Positions 19,558 through 29,220 of a stretch of DNA of 64,000 nt are shown piece by piece. Numbering within the stretch: position 1 is the first letter of the stretch; each line of letters opens with the position of its first letter. The DNA lies in contig JBCNUW010000009.1 in NCBI GenBank assembly GCA_039630575.1, positions 1 to 64,000 of the forward strand, read 5' to 3'. The position numbers were made by a program, and so were the translations under genes. This DNA comes from Candidatus Hydrothermales bacterium (GTDB taxonomy: Bacteria; Hydrothermota; Hydrothermia; Hydrothermales; JAJRUZ01). Under the pieces are notes generated by a model, which worked only from the letters and a program-made list of their open reading frames with translations, did not search any database and was not told the DNA's origin.

Positions 19558-21785
19558 TTCTCTTTTTTATTTTATTTCAATTAAAGGATATTGACCTTTT
19601 TACAGAAACTTCAAGGAGAGAAAGTTGGGGTATTTATAAGTTAAAAAGGGTTGAAGAGTTGTTAAAGAATAATTTTGTCCATGCAAAGCAAGATTTGCTT
19701 GATATTTTAGATTCAAATCTTTCTGATTCGATAAAGGGAATTGCTTGTGAAAAGTTAATGTTTTTACCTCCAGACAGTTTTCAAAATTCCCTTTTAGCTT
19801 TAAATTATCTTCTTGATCTTACTTTTTATGAGCGAAGGAGAGAGGCGCTTTCTGTTTTATTCAATTACTTTAAAAATAAGGGAGATTACAGATCGTGTGA
19901 GAAGATTCTAAGAAGAATTAGTTCAGATTATCCCCTTTATAGGGAAGAATCACAGATTGAAATTTTTGAAATTTCTCTAAGAAATAAAAATTTTGATAAC
20001 ATTTATCCTTTGATTAGTGTTATCAAACGTACAAGACCTGATCTTTATCTTCTATATCTCTCTGAGATAGGAGATACTGTATCTTTCCTATTTAATTATG
20101 ATACTTTAGAAAATTTAAAAAATTTTTTTTATTACGATTCTCTTTCCAAGATTTTTAGCAACTATCATGGGTTTTTTAAAAGTTTCAGAGAGGACCCTGA
20201 TTCTGAAAATTTTAAAATTTGGAAAAATTTTTACTTTTTTAAGAAAGATAAATTTAAGGCAGATTCTTTAAGAGAATTTATTTATGAAAATTTTGGTTTT
20301 ATTTTACCCAGATTTCCTGATTCCTCATACATTAAAGAGATCCTTTTTAATCTTCTTAAAGATAAGAAAGTTCAATGGGATGAGGTGTACAAAAGGGGTC
20401 TTTATGATATTATTTATCACTTTGCTGGATCACGAAATAGATATTATTTGCCCTCTCTTTATTTTTTAAATTTTTTGAATCAGGAGATAAACATACCTGA
20501 AGATTTAACAGGTGATTCACTTTTTGTTTCTCTTTTGCTTTTTAAAAAATACAAAAAAGGTATAAACTTTGTTCCTTCTGGTTATGAGTATCTTAAGGGT
20601 AGATTTTATTTTGAAAGGGGGTATATTGATAGTGCAATTTATTTTCTTAGATTATCAAGGTATTACAATGACATAGCCCTTTTGATAAATTTACTTTCTC
20701 TAAAGGGTGAAACTTTAGCAGTTGATTCTTTGTTAAAAAAATATGATTTTTTTAATTTAATAAAATATCGTAATGGAAGGGAAGGTATTATTCATTATCT
20801 TAATCTTAAAGAAAATGATGAAATTTTATTTTCTTTTTACAACTATTTGAAAAATTTTGATGGAGATCTTTTAAGAAAGAATTATAAATTTTTTACTCGT
20901 TATCTAGAAAAGAGTGGAAGGTACAGTGAGTTATTCAGGTTTGCTATTTTTCTAGATGATGATACGTTGAAAATTAAGTCGTTAATTTATTTAAATAAAC
21001 TTGAGTTTGCAGAGTTTTATTTTAAAAGAAATATGACAAAAAGTAAGTTTATTGTTGAGAGTTTTTTTAATTATTATGCTAATTTGGCCAACATAGAGGG
21101 AATTAATAATCTGAAAATACTTTTAGGGGAAAATGATGAATTAAAAGATAAAAAGAAATGGATTGATTCAGTTTTTAGTAATTATGAAAGAGCAATAAAA
21201 TTTATTAAAGAGCAAAAGTATCACAGGGCTGATTCAATTCTTAATATTTTGAAAGATGATGTTTATTTAAAAAGAAAAGTTCTCTTTGATATTGCAAATA
21301 TAAATTTTGTTACAGGGAAGCTTCATGAAGCTAAGAAGTTATTTCGATATCTTTTTGAAACTTATAAAGATGAATTTGCATTATTTAATTTAACACTTGT
21401 TTTGAGAAGATTAGAAGATGATTCCACAATATATTTTTATAAGGTTTATCTTGATTATTCAAGAGGAAAACCGGATTATTACTATGCTGTTAAAAGGTTA
21501 GCTTATATTTATCTTGATAAGGGCAAATATGAAAAATCAAGGGAACTTATGGAATTAATTTACGGTTTGTCGCCAGATACTTTTGAGGAAAAGGAATTAA
21601 AGTTTTTTTATATGCAGGTATTAAAAACAAATCTTGATTTTGAAAGAAGTATGAGAGAAGGTTTTATGGTATACCTTAATTATCCGAAGGACGATCTTTT
21701 TACAAAGGCAGCTTTCGAAGAGTCTATAGAGATTTCCAAAATTTTAAAGTTTAATTATAAAAATTTAATAAATTTAAAAAGATAG
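19554..21785 (+). CDS. Large exported hypothetical protein with TPR-like helices
   Basis: 743 aa; short hydrophobic N-terminus; TPR-like segments (YLKGRFYFERG, LAYIYLDKGKYEKS). Confidence 0.65.
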   Translation: MILFFILFQLKDIDLFTETSRRESWGIYKLKRVEELLKNNFVHAKQDLLDILDSNLSDSIKGIACEKLMFLPPDSFQNSLLALNYLLDLTFYERRREALSVLFNYFKNKGDYRSCEKILRRISSDYPLYREESQIEIFEISLRNKNFDNIYPLISVIKRTRPDLYLLYLSEIGDTVSFLFNYDTLENLKNFFYYDSLSKIFSNYHGFFKSFREDPDSENFKIWKNFYFFKKDKFKADSLREFIYENFGFILPRFPDSSYIKEILFNLLKDKKVQWDEVYKRGLYDIIYHFAGSRNRYYLPSLYFLNFLNQEINIPEDLTGDSLFVSLLLFKKYKKGINFVPSGYEYLKGRFYFERGYIDSAIYFLRLSRYYNDIALLINLLSLKGETLAVDSLLKKYDFFNLIKYRNGREGIIHYLNLKENDEILFSFYNYLKNFDGDLLRKNYKFFTRYLEKSGRYSELFRFAIFLDDDTLKIKSLIYLNKLEFAEFYFKRNMTKSKFIVESFFNYYANLANIEGINNLKILLGENDELKDKKKWIDSVFSNYERAIKFIKEQKYHRADSILNILKDDVYLKRKVLFDIANINFVTGKLHEAKKLFRYLFETYKDEFALFNLTLVLRRLEDDSTIYFYKVYLDYSRGKPDYYYAVKRLAYIYLDKGKYEKSRELMELIYGLSPDTFEEKELKFFYMQVLKTNLDFERSMREGFMVYLNYPKDDLFTKAAFEESIEISKILKFNYKNLINLKR

Positions 21786-22028
21786 TTAGACTATTTTTCT
21801 TGTTTTGTGATAAAGAGATATTTTTGCTCTTTTAGCATATTTTATTGCACCTTTAGTGAAGCCGCTTGTTGATACTATTGTTTTAATTCCTCTTTTTTTC
21901 ATTTTTTTTATTTCAGTTAATGGAAGCGGTCTAGACCAGTTTCTAACAGCTCTTTGAGTTTTTCTTTTTTGAGCTTTTTTTGTGACTATTTTTTTCTTTT
22001 TTCTTACTGTTTTTTTTACTCTTGCCAT
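21786..22028 (-). CDS. Small, very basic protein with an Mrr-like restriction endonuclease C-terminal fragment
   Basis: 80 aa with about 30 K/R and one acidic residue; IVSTSGFTKGAIKYAKRAKISL resembles the Mrr_cat C-terminus. Has its own promoter and T-loop motif. Confidence 0.7.
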   Translation of the reverse strand: MARVKKTVRKKKKIVTKKAQKRKTQRAVRNWSRPLPLTEIKKMKKRGIKTIVSTSGFTKGAIKYAKRAKISLYHKTRKIV

Positions 22029-22047
22029 TTTTGTTACATTTTTTACA

Positions 22048-22058
22048 GGATTTGAACC
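22048..22058 (-). promoter_or_regulatory. T-loop-like 5'UTR motif GGTTCAAATCC (copy 5)
   Basis: Lies 19 nt upstream of the ATG at 22028 and downstream of a minus-strand TTGAAT-N17-TATAAT promoter; no SD. Confidence 0.7.
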
Positions 22059-22129
22059 TTTTATGTAGTGAAAAATTTTAATTAATTATAACATTTTATT
22101 TTAACATATTCAATATATCTTCACTTTAA

Positions 22130-23494
22130 TTAAAAGCTTTTGCCTTCGCCAAAAGAGATGTATTTTCCTTCTTCTGAAAAGCCGAAATCTAACCTCAGCA
22201 CGGGAAGGTTGAAGCTTTTTGTTAATTCTATTCTTATTCCAAATCCGTATGAAAAGGCAAATGTTTTTCTATCAAACATATATGAATTATCAATGAAAAA
22301 TACAATTCCCGGTTTAAAAAGTTCAAATAACTCGTTAAAGTATAATCTTATTTCGGAGATGTTTAGTATGTAATTTGATGTTCTGTAATAAAAGGCTTTA
22401 TAACCTCTAAGTCCATAAAGGCCTCCTAAATAACGGTGAAAAGTGTTATTACGTAGTTTCCACATTTTTTCATAACTTAGAAGAAATGCTAATACTATGA
22501 AGTTTTTAATTATAAAGTAATTTGAACTTTTTAAATTTAAACTCATTTCTATGAAATTTTTGTAAGTTAAGTGATTTATTGAATTATAATTTTTCTTAAA
22601 ATTATTGTACATTATTTTCCCCTCTAAACCTTTAATTCTACTTTTGATGTTTTTATATATGTTAATTTTTAAAAATAATCCTTTTTTCATATATTCTGTT
22701 TCTCCAAAATTTTTAATAAATTTTGTTTCTTTTGTTTTTGTTTTATCTATTTCAAAACCGATTTGTAAGAAATGATAATTGTTATTGTTTAATTTTGTAA
22801 ATCCATAGCCTATAGATGGAAAAAAAGGGGGTATTTTTTCAAAACTTTTTGAAATTTCTACTCCGAGATTTTTACCCTTTGATTCAAAAGAATCGACAAT
22901 AAACCCTTTTTCATATAAAAAATCTTTTTTATAGTAATCAGTATAGTTTAGAAAAATCCTTTCATTTGTGTAGGGAGAAATATACGGAAGGATAGATAAA
23001 GATTTTGTTTTTGAGTTTTTGGAGTTGAGAAAGAAAGTTGATATATCATGATTTTTAAAAAATTCAGGATAAAAGCTTTGAAGGTAAAAATAGGGATATT
23101 CGTATCCCCAGATGTAATTTACTCTTATATCAAAAAGAAGACCAAGAAGGTTATGTTCCCACAATCCAATACCTTTCTGAGTTAAACCACCGCCACCTTC
23201 AAAACTGAAGAAGAGAGCAAGGGTAAAAAGTGGTCTTAGTTTAATTATTAGTGTATCATTTTTTTTGAAATTTTCAATTTCGGAGAAAATGCCTGTGTTT
23301 TTAAGTCTCCTCAAAGATTCACTTAAAACAATCGAATCTCTATCTTTTATTAAAAGGTTTTTTACTCGGAAATTTTTTGGTTTAAAAGTTAACTTTTGGG
23401 CTATGTTGTAAAGAAAAAATTTTGATTCAAAAAGAGGTTTATAAACAATTTTAACTTCAGTTTTTATAATAAACAAAAACAAAAAAAATTTCAT
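22130..23494 (-). CDS. Omp85/BamA-TamA family outer membrane protein
   Basis: POTRA-like ESLRRLKNTGIFS, EHNLLG, LGGLYGLRGY (VRGY-like), YGFGIR, LRLDFG, terminal Phe. Confidence 0.8.
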   Translation of the reverse strand: MKFFLFLFIIKTEVKIVYKPLFESKFFLYNIAQKLTFKPKNFRVKNLLIKDRDSIVLSESLRRLKNTGIFSEIENFKKNDTLIIKLRPLFTLALFFSFEGGGGLTQKGIGLWEHNLLGLLFDIRVNYIWGYEYPYFYLQSFYPEFFKNHDISTFFLNSKNSKTKSLSILPYISPYTNERIFLNYTDYYKKDFLYEKGFIVDSFESKGKNLGVEISKSFEKIPPFFPSIGYGFTKLNNNNYHFLQIGFEIDKTKTKETKFIKNFGETEYMKKGLFLKINIYKNIKSRIKGLEGKIMYNNFKKNYNSINHLTYKNFIEMSLNLKSSNYFIIKNFIVLAFLLSYEKMWKLRNNTFHRYLGGLYGLRGYKAFYYRTSNYILNISEIRLYFNELFELFKPGIVFFIDNSYMFDRKTFAFSYGFGIRIELTKSFNLPVLRLDFGFSEEGKYISFGEGKSF

Positions 23495-24828
23495 TTTAAT
23501 AATATATAAAACTCAAACTCTCTAAGTTCAGATTTTGATACTCCTACTTTTTTTATCTCTTTAAAAATTTTATAAAAATTTTCATTAACTTTTCCAACAT
23601 AAAAAAGGGTATCTGGTAATTTTTTATTTTTTTGCCATATAGTAAATTGATTTTCTCTTGAGTTTATGTTAAGAGAGTAAACGTAGGGTTTATCTTTGAG
23701 ATAAAAAGAGAGGATAGAAGCAATTTGATAGGTATTAGCTGAGAATTTATTTATTCCATACCTTTCAGCAAACCATTCTACATCGTTAGCAAGTTTTTCC
23801 CAGCTCCTTAGTCTATTTGTTGGGTCTTTTTTAAATTTAATAATTGGCGTTATTGTATGTAAGTGAATGATTGTCATCATGATAAATGTTATAGATGATA
23901 AAATGTAAAAAATTTTATTTTCTTTTAAATGTTTTATGGCAAGTATTAAAAGGAAAATGTAAGAAACAAGTGGCCAATTTGCTTCAGCTTTTGTTTTTAA
24001 AGATGAAATCATAAAAAAGGTAAAAGGAAATAAAAAGGAGAAAGTTAGAAGGTTTATTTTTTCCTTGATTATACCTTTAAATGCATAAAAGTAGATAAGA
24101 ATTGACAGTGGAAATGAAAGGACAAGAAGTGAATCTACTAAATACAAAATGATGTTTAAAAATTTTAATTCTTTTTTTCCGTATCCATGGAGTAGTTGGA
24201 ATTTAAAACTTATAAAGTCGTTTTGAATGTTCCATATAATGCAAGGAGAAAATATTAAAAGGGAAATTAAAAGGAAAATGACGAATTTTTTTGAAAATAA
24301 TTTTTTTCTCTCAAAGAAAAATAGTATTATGGAAGGTAAAAATAGAATTGATATGTATTTAGAAAGAAGAGAAAGTCCATAGGTAATTGACGAAAAGTAA
24401 AGCCATCTTTCATTTTTATAAGATTTTAAGAGAAAGAAAAAAGTAAGGAGAATAAAAAAAGCCATAGGAGTGTCAGGAGTAATTATTATAGCTCCAACTG
24501 CAAAGATTAGTGTTAAAGAGAAAATGTAAAGGGCTATTAAAATTTTTGAACTATCGATTTCTTTAAATATAAAAATTATTATTATCAAGAATAAAAGACT
24601 CAAGACAAGTGCAGGAATTCTTACACCCAATTCATTTTCTCCTAATATAGATGTTCCAATTTTAATCACGTAGGCGACGAAAGGTGGATGATCAAAGTAT
24701 GAAAGACTTATTTTTTTTGCCCAAGTGTAGTAATAGGCTTCATCTTCGGTTAATTCTGTTTTTAAAATTATTAATAATTTTAATGTTATGATGATCAAAA
24801 TCTGTATAATTATGAATAAATTTTTCAT
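23491..24828 (-). CDS. ArnT/PMT-like GT-C membrane glycosyltransferase
   Basis: EDEAYY, SYFDHPP, TPDTP, LSKY; many TM helices. Confidence 0.88.
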   Translation of the reverse strand: MKNLFIIIQILIIITLKLLIILKTELTEDEAYYYTWAKKISLSYFDHPPFVAYVIKIGTSILGENELGVRIPALVLSLLFLIIIIFIFKEIDSSKILIALYIFSLTLIFAVGAIIITPDTPMAFFILLTFFFLLKSYKNERWLYFSSITYGLSLLSKYISILFLPSIILFFFERKKLFSKKFVIFLLISLLIFSPCIIWNIQNDFISFKFQLLHGYGKKELKFLNIILYLVDSLLVLSFPLSILIYFYAFKGIIKEKINLLTFSFLFPFTFFMISSLKTKAEANWPLVSYIFLLILAIKHLKENKIFYILSSITFIMMTIIHLHTITPIIKFKKDPTNRLRSWEKLANDVEWFAERYGINKFSANTYQIASILSFYLKDKPYVYSLNINSRENQFTIWQKNKKLPDTLFYVGKVNENFYKIFKEIKKVGVSKSELREFEFYILLK

Positions 24829-24837
24829 AGATAAATT

Positions 24838-25725
24838 TTAAGATTTAAAGCAAAAAACCTTTTTTAAATTTTCAAGTATCCATTCTGTGAATATTATTTT
24901 TTCTTTCATTAATGATTTTAGAATAATGTTTTTCTTTTTTTCCATTATGAAGTACAGAATCTGTCCAAAGTCTTCTTCCTTAGTGAAGAACTCGAAGATT
25001 TTTGAATTTTTATTATGAAATATTTTTTTAATTTTAAAAATTTTATCTTTATCTTTTTTTTGGTAGTTTTCTAAGAAGTTCTCATTTTCCAAAATGATAT
25101 GATCAATTTTGTTGATGATTTTTACTTTCTTTTCAAGGCTTACTTTTTTATCTGTTAATTTCTTAAAAGAAGAATAGTAGAAAGACTTACCTAATTTTTT
25201 CCATTTTCTTGCGTATTTTGTTTCTAAAGCTTTTTCCAGAAAGTTTTGTTCAAACTCCTCTTCAGTGAAAATTTTATCTTCTAAAAATTTTTCTTTGAGT
25301 TCATTGTAAAAGAATTCCTCATCAGTCAGGATATAGAATTTGCCGTTTTCTTTTAAAGAATGCCAGATAATTTTTGGAAATTCTTCCCTATAAATTCTTT
25401 TTTCTTTATGTTTTTCCTTTTTCCATGTGAATGGGAATAAAAGAAAAATTTTTTCGAAGATTTCCGTTGGTAGGACGTATTTAAGTATAAATTTTGCATC
25501 ACCTTGAAAAAGGTATAGATTTGGAGGAAATGAGAGTTTTTTGAGAGCAAGATCAATAAGCTTCTTTGAAAGTTCTATTCCGATAAGTGGTGATTGGGAG
25601 TCTAAGGCGTAAAGGAAAATTAAGAAATCTCCTTTACCAAAGCCTATTTCGAGGAATCTTGGTTTTTTAAGTCCAAAGAAGTTTGGTTTTAAGGGAAGTT
25701 TTTCTTGTTGCCAGTAGATATGCAT
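24838..25725 (-). CDS. trmB: tRNA (guanine-N7)-methyltransferase
   Basis: LEIGFGKGDF, GIE, FPFTWKKEKH, TD, TKYARKW. Confidence 0.85.
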   Translation of the reverse strand: MHIYWQQEKLPLKPNFFGLKKPRFLEIGFGKGDFLIFLYALDSQSPLIGIELSKKLIDLALKKLSFPPNLYLFQGDAKFILKYVLPTEIFEKIFLLFPFTWKKEKHKEKRIYREEFPKIIWHSLKENGKFYILTDEEFFYNELKEKFLEDKIFTEEEFEQNFLEKALETKYARKWKKLGKSFYYSSFKKLTDKKVSLEKKVKIINKIDHIILENENFLENYQKKDKDKIFKIKKIFHNKNSKIFEFFTKEEDFGQILYFIMEKKKNIILKSLMKEKIIFTEWILENLKKVFCFKS

Positions 25726-25746
25726 ACTTTTTAAAATTTTAGTATA

Positions 25747-26488
25747 ATGGAAAATAATATAAAAATTCCTTTAAAAAGAGAAAAAGTAATAAAAGGTTTA
25801 AGGTTTTTATTTTTTCTTTTAAAAAAAGACTTTCATTGAGCTGTGGTTTTTTGTATTTAATTTTTTCTGCTCTTACGATGTGCTTTTTATCTTTTTCAGT
25901 TAAAAAGGGGGTTTCTATTTTTTTCTTTGTTGAGATACTTATTTCAGGTTATTTTCTTGCCTCTTTTACTCCATTTGGTTCTGGGTGTATCCCTTATCAT
26001 CTTTTTTTGCTTAGTAAAAGAAGTTTTTCTGTTGGAGAAGGAACTTTTATTTTATATTTTTTGGTTTTCTTAAGTATTTATTTTTTTTATTTTTTCATAT
26101 TTGGTTTAAAGGTATTGCTATTTCCTCTTATAGGGAGCTTATTAATTTTAGAAAGAGTTTTTCAAATTATTTAAAGAAGCCCTATTATGTTTTTTTGTAA
26201 ATTATTTTTTCTTTTAACAGTTTTATTTTTCTTGTTATGATTATTCCTTTTATTTATACAGCTTTTGGGATTGAATTAATTTTTATAAGGTTTTTTTCTT
26301 TCAGTTTTTATATATGTTCTTATTTTCGCCTTCACCGGGTGCAATTGGTGTGGCAGAGGCGGTTTCACTTAATTCTACTTTATGATGTTACTAAGATAGA
26401 TTTTCTGCCATTTATTATTATGTTGTGGATTTTTTTTATATTTTTGCATTTTTTTTGGTGCTTTTTTTATATTATGGAGAATAACCAA
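25747..26488 (+). pseudogene. Frameshifted lysylphosphatidylglycerol-synthase TM/flippase-like (UPF0104) gene
   Basis: Fragments in different frames: SGYFLASFTPFGSG..P and FSPSPGAIGVAEA, both typical of this family. Multiple stops and frameshifts in T-rich tracts. Confidence 0.6.
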
Positions 26489-27106
26489 ATGGAGATTTTA
26501 ATCTTTTCAGTAATTGGGTATGTAGTTGGGTCGATACCATTTTCTTATTTAGTTGGTAAGGTTAAGGGTTTGGATATAAGAAGGGTTGGAACAGGTAATG
26601 TTGGCGGAGCAAATGTTTTAAGAATGGTTGGAAAGGTTTACGGTTTTATTGCCTTTTTACTTGATTTTTTAAAAGGATTTTTATCTTCATTGGTTCCTTT
26701 TGTTATGGGTTTTGGAGAGCTTTATTCTTTTCTTTGTGGTTTTTTTGCAGTAATTGGGCATAGTTATCCTATTTTTTTAAAGTTTCAGGGAGGTAGAGGT
26801 ATTGCTACATCCTTAGGATTTTTAACATTTCTCTTTCCAAGAGAAACTTTAATTATACTTATGATATTTTCACCTTTCCTTTTCCTAAAAGAAGTTGCTT
26901 TATATATTCTCTTTTTTATTTTTTCTATATCTTTTTATACTTTTTTTAAATTTAAAGAGCTAAGTTTTTTACCTATTCTTTTTTTGTTTTTTGTTATTTT
27001 CAGAAGAGTTCAGTTTGTTTATACTGATGTTAAAAGAGGTAGACCCTTTTTGAAGAGTTTTTTAAACAGGTTATTGTTTGATGCTCCTGAAAAAATAAAA
27101 TTTTAA
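26489..27106 (+). CDS. plsY: Glycerol-3-phosphate acyltransferase PlsY
   Basis: GYVVGSIPF, DIRRVGTGNVGGAN, DFLKG, GHSYPIFLKFQGGRGIAT. The true start is probably ATG 26489, not 26237. Confidence 0.9.
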   Translation: MEILIFSVIGYVVGSIPFSYLVGKVKGLDIRRVGTGNVGGANVLRMVGKVYGFIAFLLDFLKGFLSSLVPFVMGFGELYSFLCGFFAVIGHSYPIFLKFQGGRGIATSLGFLTFLFPRETLIILMIFSPFLFLKEVALYILFFIFSISFYTFFKFKELSFLPILFLFFVIFRRVQFVYTDVKRGRPFLKSFLNRLLFDAPEKIKF

Positions 27107-27120
27107 AAGCTTTTAAAAAA

Positions 27121-27149
27121 TTGAAAGCTTAAAAGTTTCATATTATAAT
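27121..27149 (+). promoter_or_regulatory. Sigma70-like promoter of the fur-family gene
   Basis: TTGAAA-N17-TATAAT, followed by SD AGGAGG. Confidence 0.6.
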
Positions 27150-27178
27150 AAAAATGTAAGAATTTTAGGAGGAAAAGT

Positions 27179-27601
27179 ATGAAGAAAACATTGCATGAAA
27201 AACTCGAAGTATTAAAAAAGAAGGGGCATTTTTTGACCTCTTCAAGGTTAATGATTTTGGATTATTTAAGTGAGAGCACTTCTCATCCAACTGCTGAAGA
27301 AATTTATAATGCACTTAGGAATAAACTACCTTCATTATCGAGAGCTACAGTTTATAATACATTAAAGCTTTTTATTGATTTGGGAGTTGCAAGGGAGGTG
27401 AAAGTTGAGAGAGATAAGTCGAGATTTGAGGTTAAGACAGATCCTCATATTCATTTTTGTTGTGTAAAGTGTAATTCTGTTTATGATATTGAGAAGGAAA
27501 TTATTCAGTTTCCAAAGCATATAGAAGGTAATAAAGTTATGTTTGGTGATTTATTCTTGTATGGTATTTGTGCCTCTTGTCAAAAGAAGGAATTCTCTTA
27601 A
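27179..27601 (+). CDS. Fur/PerR family transcriptional regulator
   Basis: HPTAEEIY, SRATVYNTL, HIHFCCVKC, CxxC. Confidence 0.93.
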   Translation: MKKTLHEKLEVLKKKGHFLTSSRLMILDYLSESTSHPTAEEIYNALRNKLPSLSRATVYNTLKLFIDLGVAREVKVERDKSRFEVKTDPHIHFCCVKCNSVYDIEKEIIQFPKHIEGNKVMFGDLFLYGICASCQKKEFS

Positions 27602-27661
27602 AATTTAACATTTTGAATTAATCTTAAGGAAATTTTTACTTAATTTTTTATAAAATAATGA

Positions 27662-28402
27662 ATGGATTATTTAAGATTTTTACTTGTTAATGATGATGGA
27701 ATTGAGGCAGAGGGTATAAAGAGGGCGGAGAGAGTTCTTTCAAAATTTGGAGATATTTTTGTTGTAGCTCCTAAAGAGGATAGGTCTGGAACTAGTCATT
27801 CTATTTCTCTAAGAAAAGACATTAAAGTTAACAAGATAAAAGAGAATTTTTATTCTGTTGAGGGTACACCAGTTGATTGTGTTTTGATTGCAATGGAAGC
27901 TTTGTTAGATAGAAACCCAGATATTATTATTTCGGGTATCAATTATGGTTTTAATCTTGGTGAGGATACTTTATATTCAGGAACAGTAGCTGCAGCAAGA
28001 GAGGGTTACCTTTATGGTATCCCGTCAATAGCTTTTTCAGTCGGACCAATGGGAGAAAGGAAAGTTTTTGAGGGTGGGGAATACTATCTTGACTACATTA
28101 TAAGGAGGATAATTGAGAGTAAACTTTATAAAGAAAATTTTCTATTAAATATTAATTTATTTGATTTAAAAGTTGAGGAGATAAAGGGTATTAAGGTAAC
28201 AAGGTTGGGAAAAAGGCATTATTTAAATCCAATTGAAAAAATTGATGAAAATATTTACAGGATTGGTGGTAAATTGAAATTAGTTCATGAAGAGGATTCT
28301 GATTCTGGAGCAGTTTTGGAAGGATATGTAAGTATAACTCCTCTTGCTATAGAAGGGTCAGATTTTAATTTAGCTATAAAGTTAAAAAAATTAATTGAGT
28401 AA
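27662..28402 (+). CDS. surE: 5'/3'-nucleotidase SurE
   Basis: LVNDDG, VVAP, SGTS, GTPVDCV, SGINYGFNLG, YSGTVAAA. Confidence 0.96.
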   Translation: MDYLRFLLVNDDGIEAEGIKRAERVLSKFGDIFVVAPKEDRSGTSHSISLRKDIKVNKIKENFYSVEGTPVDCVLIAMEALLDRNPDIIISGINYGFNLGEDTLYSGTVAAAREGYLYGIPSIAFSVGPMGERKVFEGGEYYLDYIIRRIIESKLYKENFLLNINLFDLKVEEIKGIKVTRLGKRHYLNPIEKIDENIYRIGGKLKLVHEEDSDSGAVLEGYVSITPLAIEGSDFNLAIKLKKLIE

Positions 28403-29093
28403 AAAATTAGAGGAACTTCTTGAAAGGTTTAGCAAAGAGAAAGATCCTTTTTTTGATTTAAGATTGGAGATGGTAGAAAAGCAGATAAAAGAAAGGGGTA
28501 TAACTGAAGAAAGAATTTTGAAAGCCTTTTTGGCAATTCCAAGGCATATTTTTGTTCCTGAAAAAATGAGAGTTTTTTCCTATGAGGATACACCTTTACC
28601 ACTTTTCGAGGGTCAAACAATAAGTCAACCCTATATTGTGGCTCTGATGGTTGAGTTGCTTGAGCCTAACGAAGATAAGCATATACTCGAAATAGGAACA
28701 GGCTCAGGTTATGAGTCAGCTATTTTGTCTTTACTTAATAAATATGTTTATACAGTTGAGAGAATTAAGGATCTTTCAGATTATGCTAAGGAGAAATTAA
28801 AAGAGCTTTCTATCAGTAATGTTTATTTTCATGTTGGTGATGGTTCAGAGGGATTTTCAGATTTTGCTCCATATGATGGAATTATCTGTTCGGCTGCTGC
28901 TCCAGATATACCAGAGCCTTATATAGAGCAGTTAAATCCAGGTGGGATTATCGTAATACCTATAGGAGATAGATTTTATCAAGATCTTGTTAAGGTAATA
29001 AAGACAAAAACTGGGTTAAAAAAGGAGTATTATGGTCCTTGTGTTTTTGTTCCATTAATTGGTAAATATGGCTTTGAAGAGAATGTTGATTAA
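28395..29093 (+). CDS. pcm: Protein-L-isoaspartate O-methyltransferase
   Basis: PRHIF, GQTISQP, LEIGTGSGY, APYD, FVPLIG; follows surE. Confidence 0.96.
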   Translation: MSKKLEELLERFSKEKDPFFDLRLEMVEKQIKERGITEERILKAFLAIPRHIFVPEKMRVFSYEDTPLPLFEGQTISQPYIVALMVELLEPNEDKHILEIGTGSGYESAILSLLNKYVYTVERIKDLSDYAKEKLKELSISNVYFHVGDGSEGFSDFAPYDGIICSAAAPDIPEPYIEQLNPGGIIVIPIGDRFYQDLVKVIKTKTGLKKEYYGPCVFVPLIGKYGFEENVD

Positions 29094-29112
29094 GCTTTAT
29101 TTTTCAGATTAA

Positions 29113-29184
29113 TGGAGCCGGGGAGATTCGAACTCCCGACCCCCTGGTTGCAAACCAGGTGCTCTCCCACTGAGCTACGGCCCC
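29113..29184 (-). tRNA. tRNA-Ala(TGC)
   Basis: GGGGCCG/CGGCTCC acceptor stem with G3:U70, anticodon loop TTTGCAA; no CCA. Confidence 0.96.
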
Positions 29185-29220
29185 TTGCCTATTCATTATA
29201 ACTTTGGCTAAATTTTTTTT

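Noticed and set aside
1631..22058. GGTTCAAATCC copies as tRNA fragments or attL/attR scars of integrative elements
   Set aside because: There is no acceptor-stem sequence beyond the loop and no integrase. The copies sit before core genes at a fixed distance and orientation.
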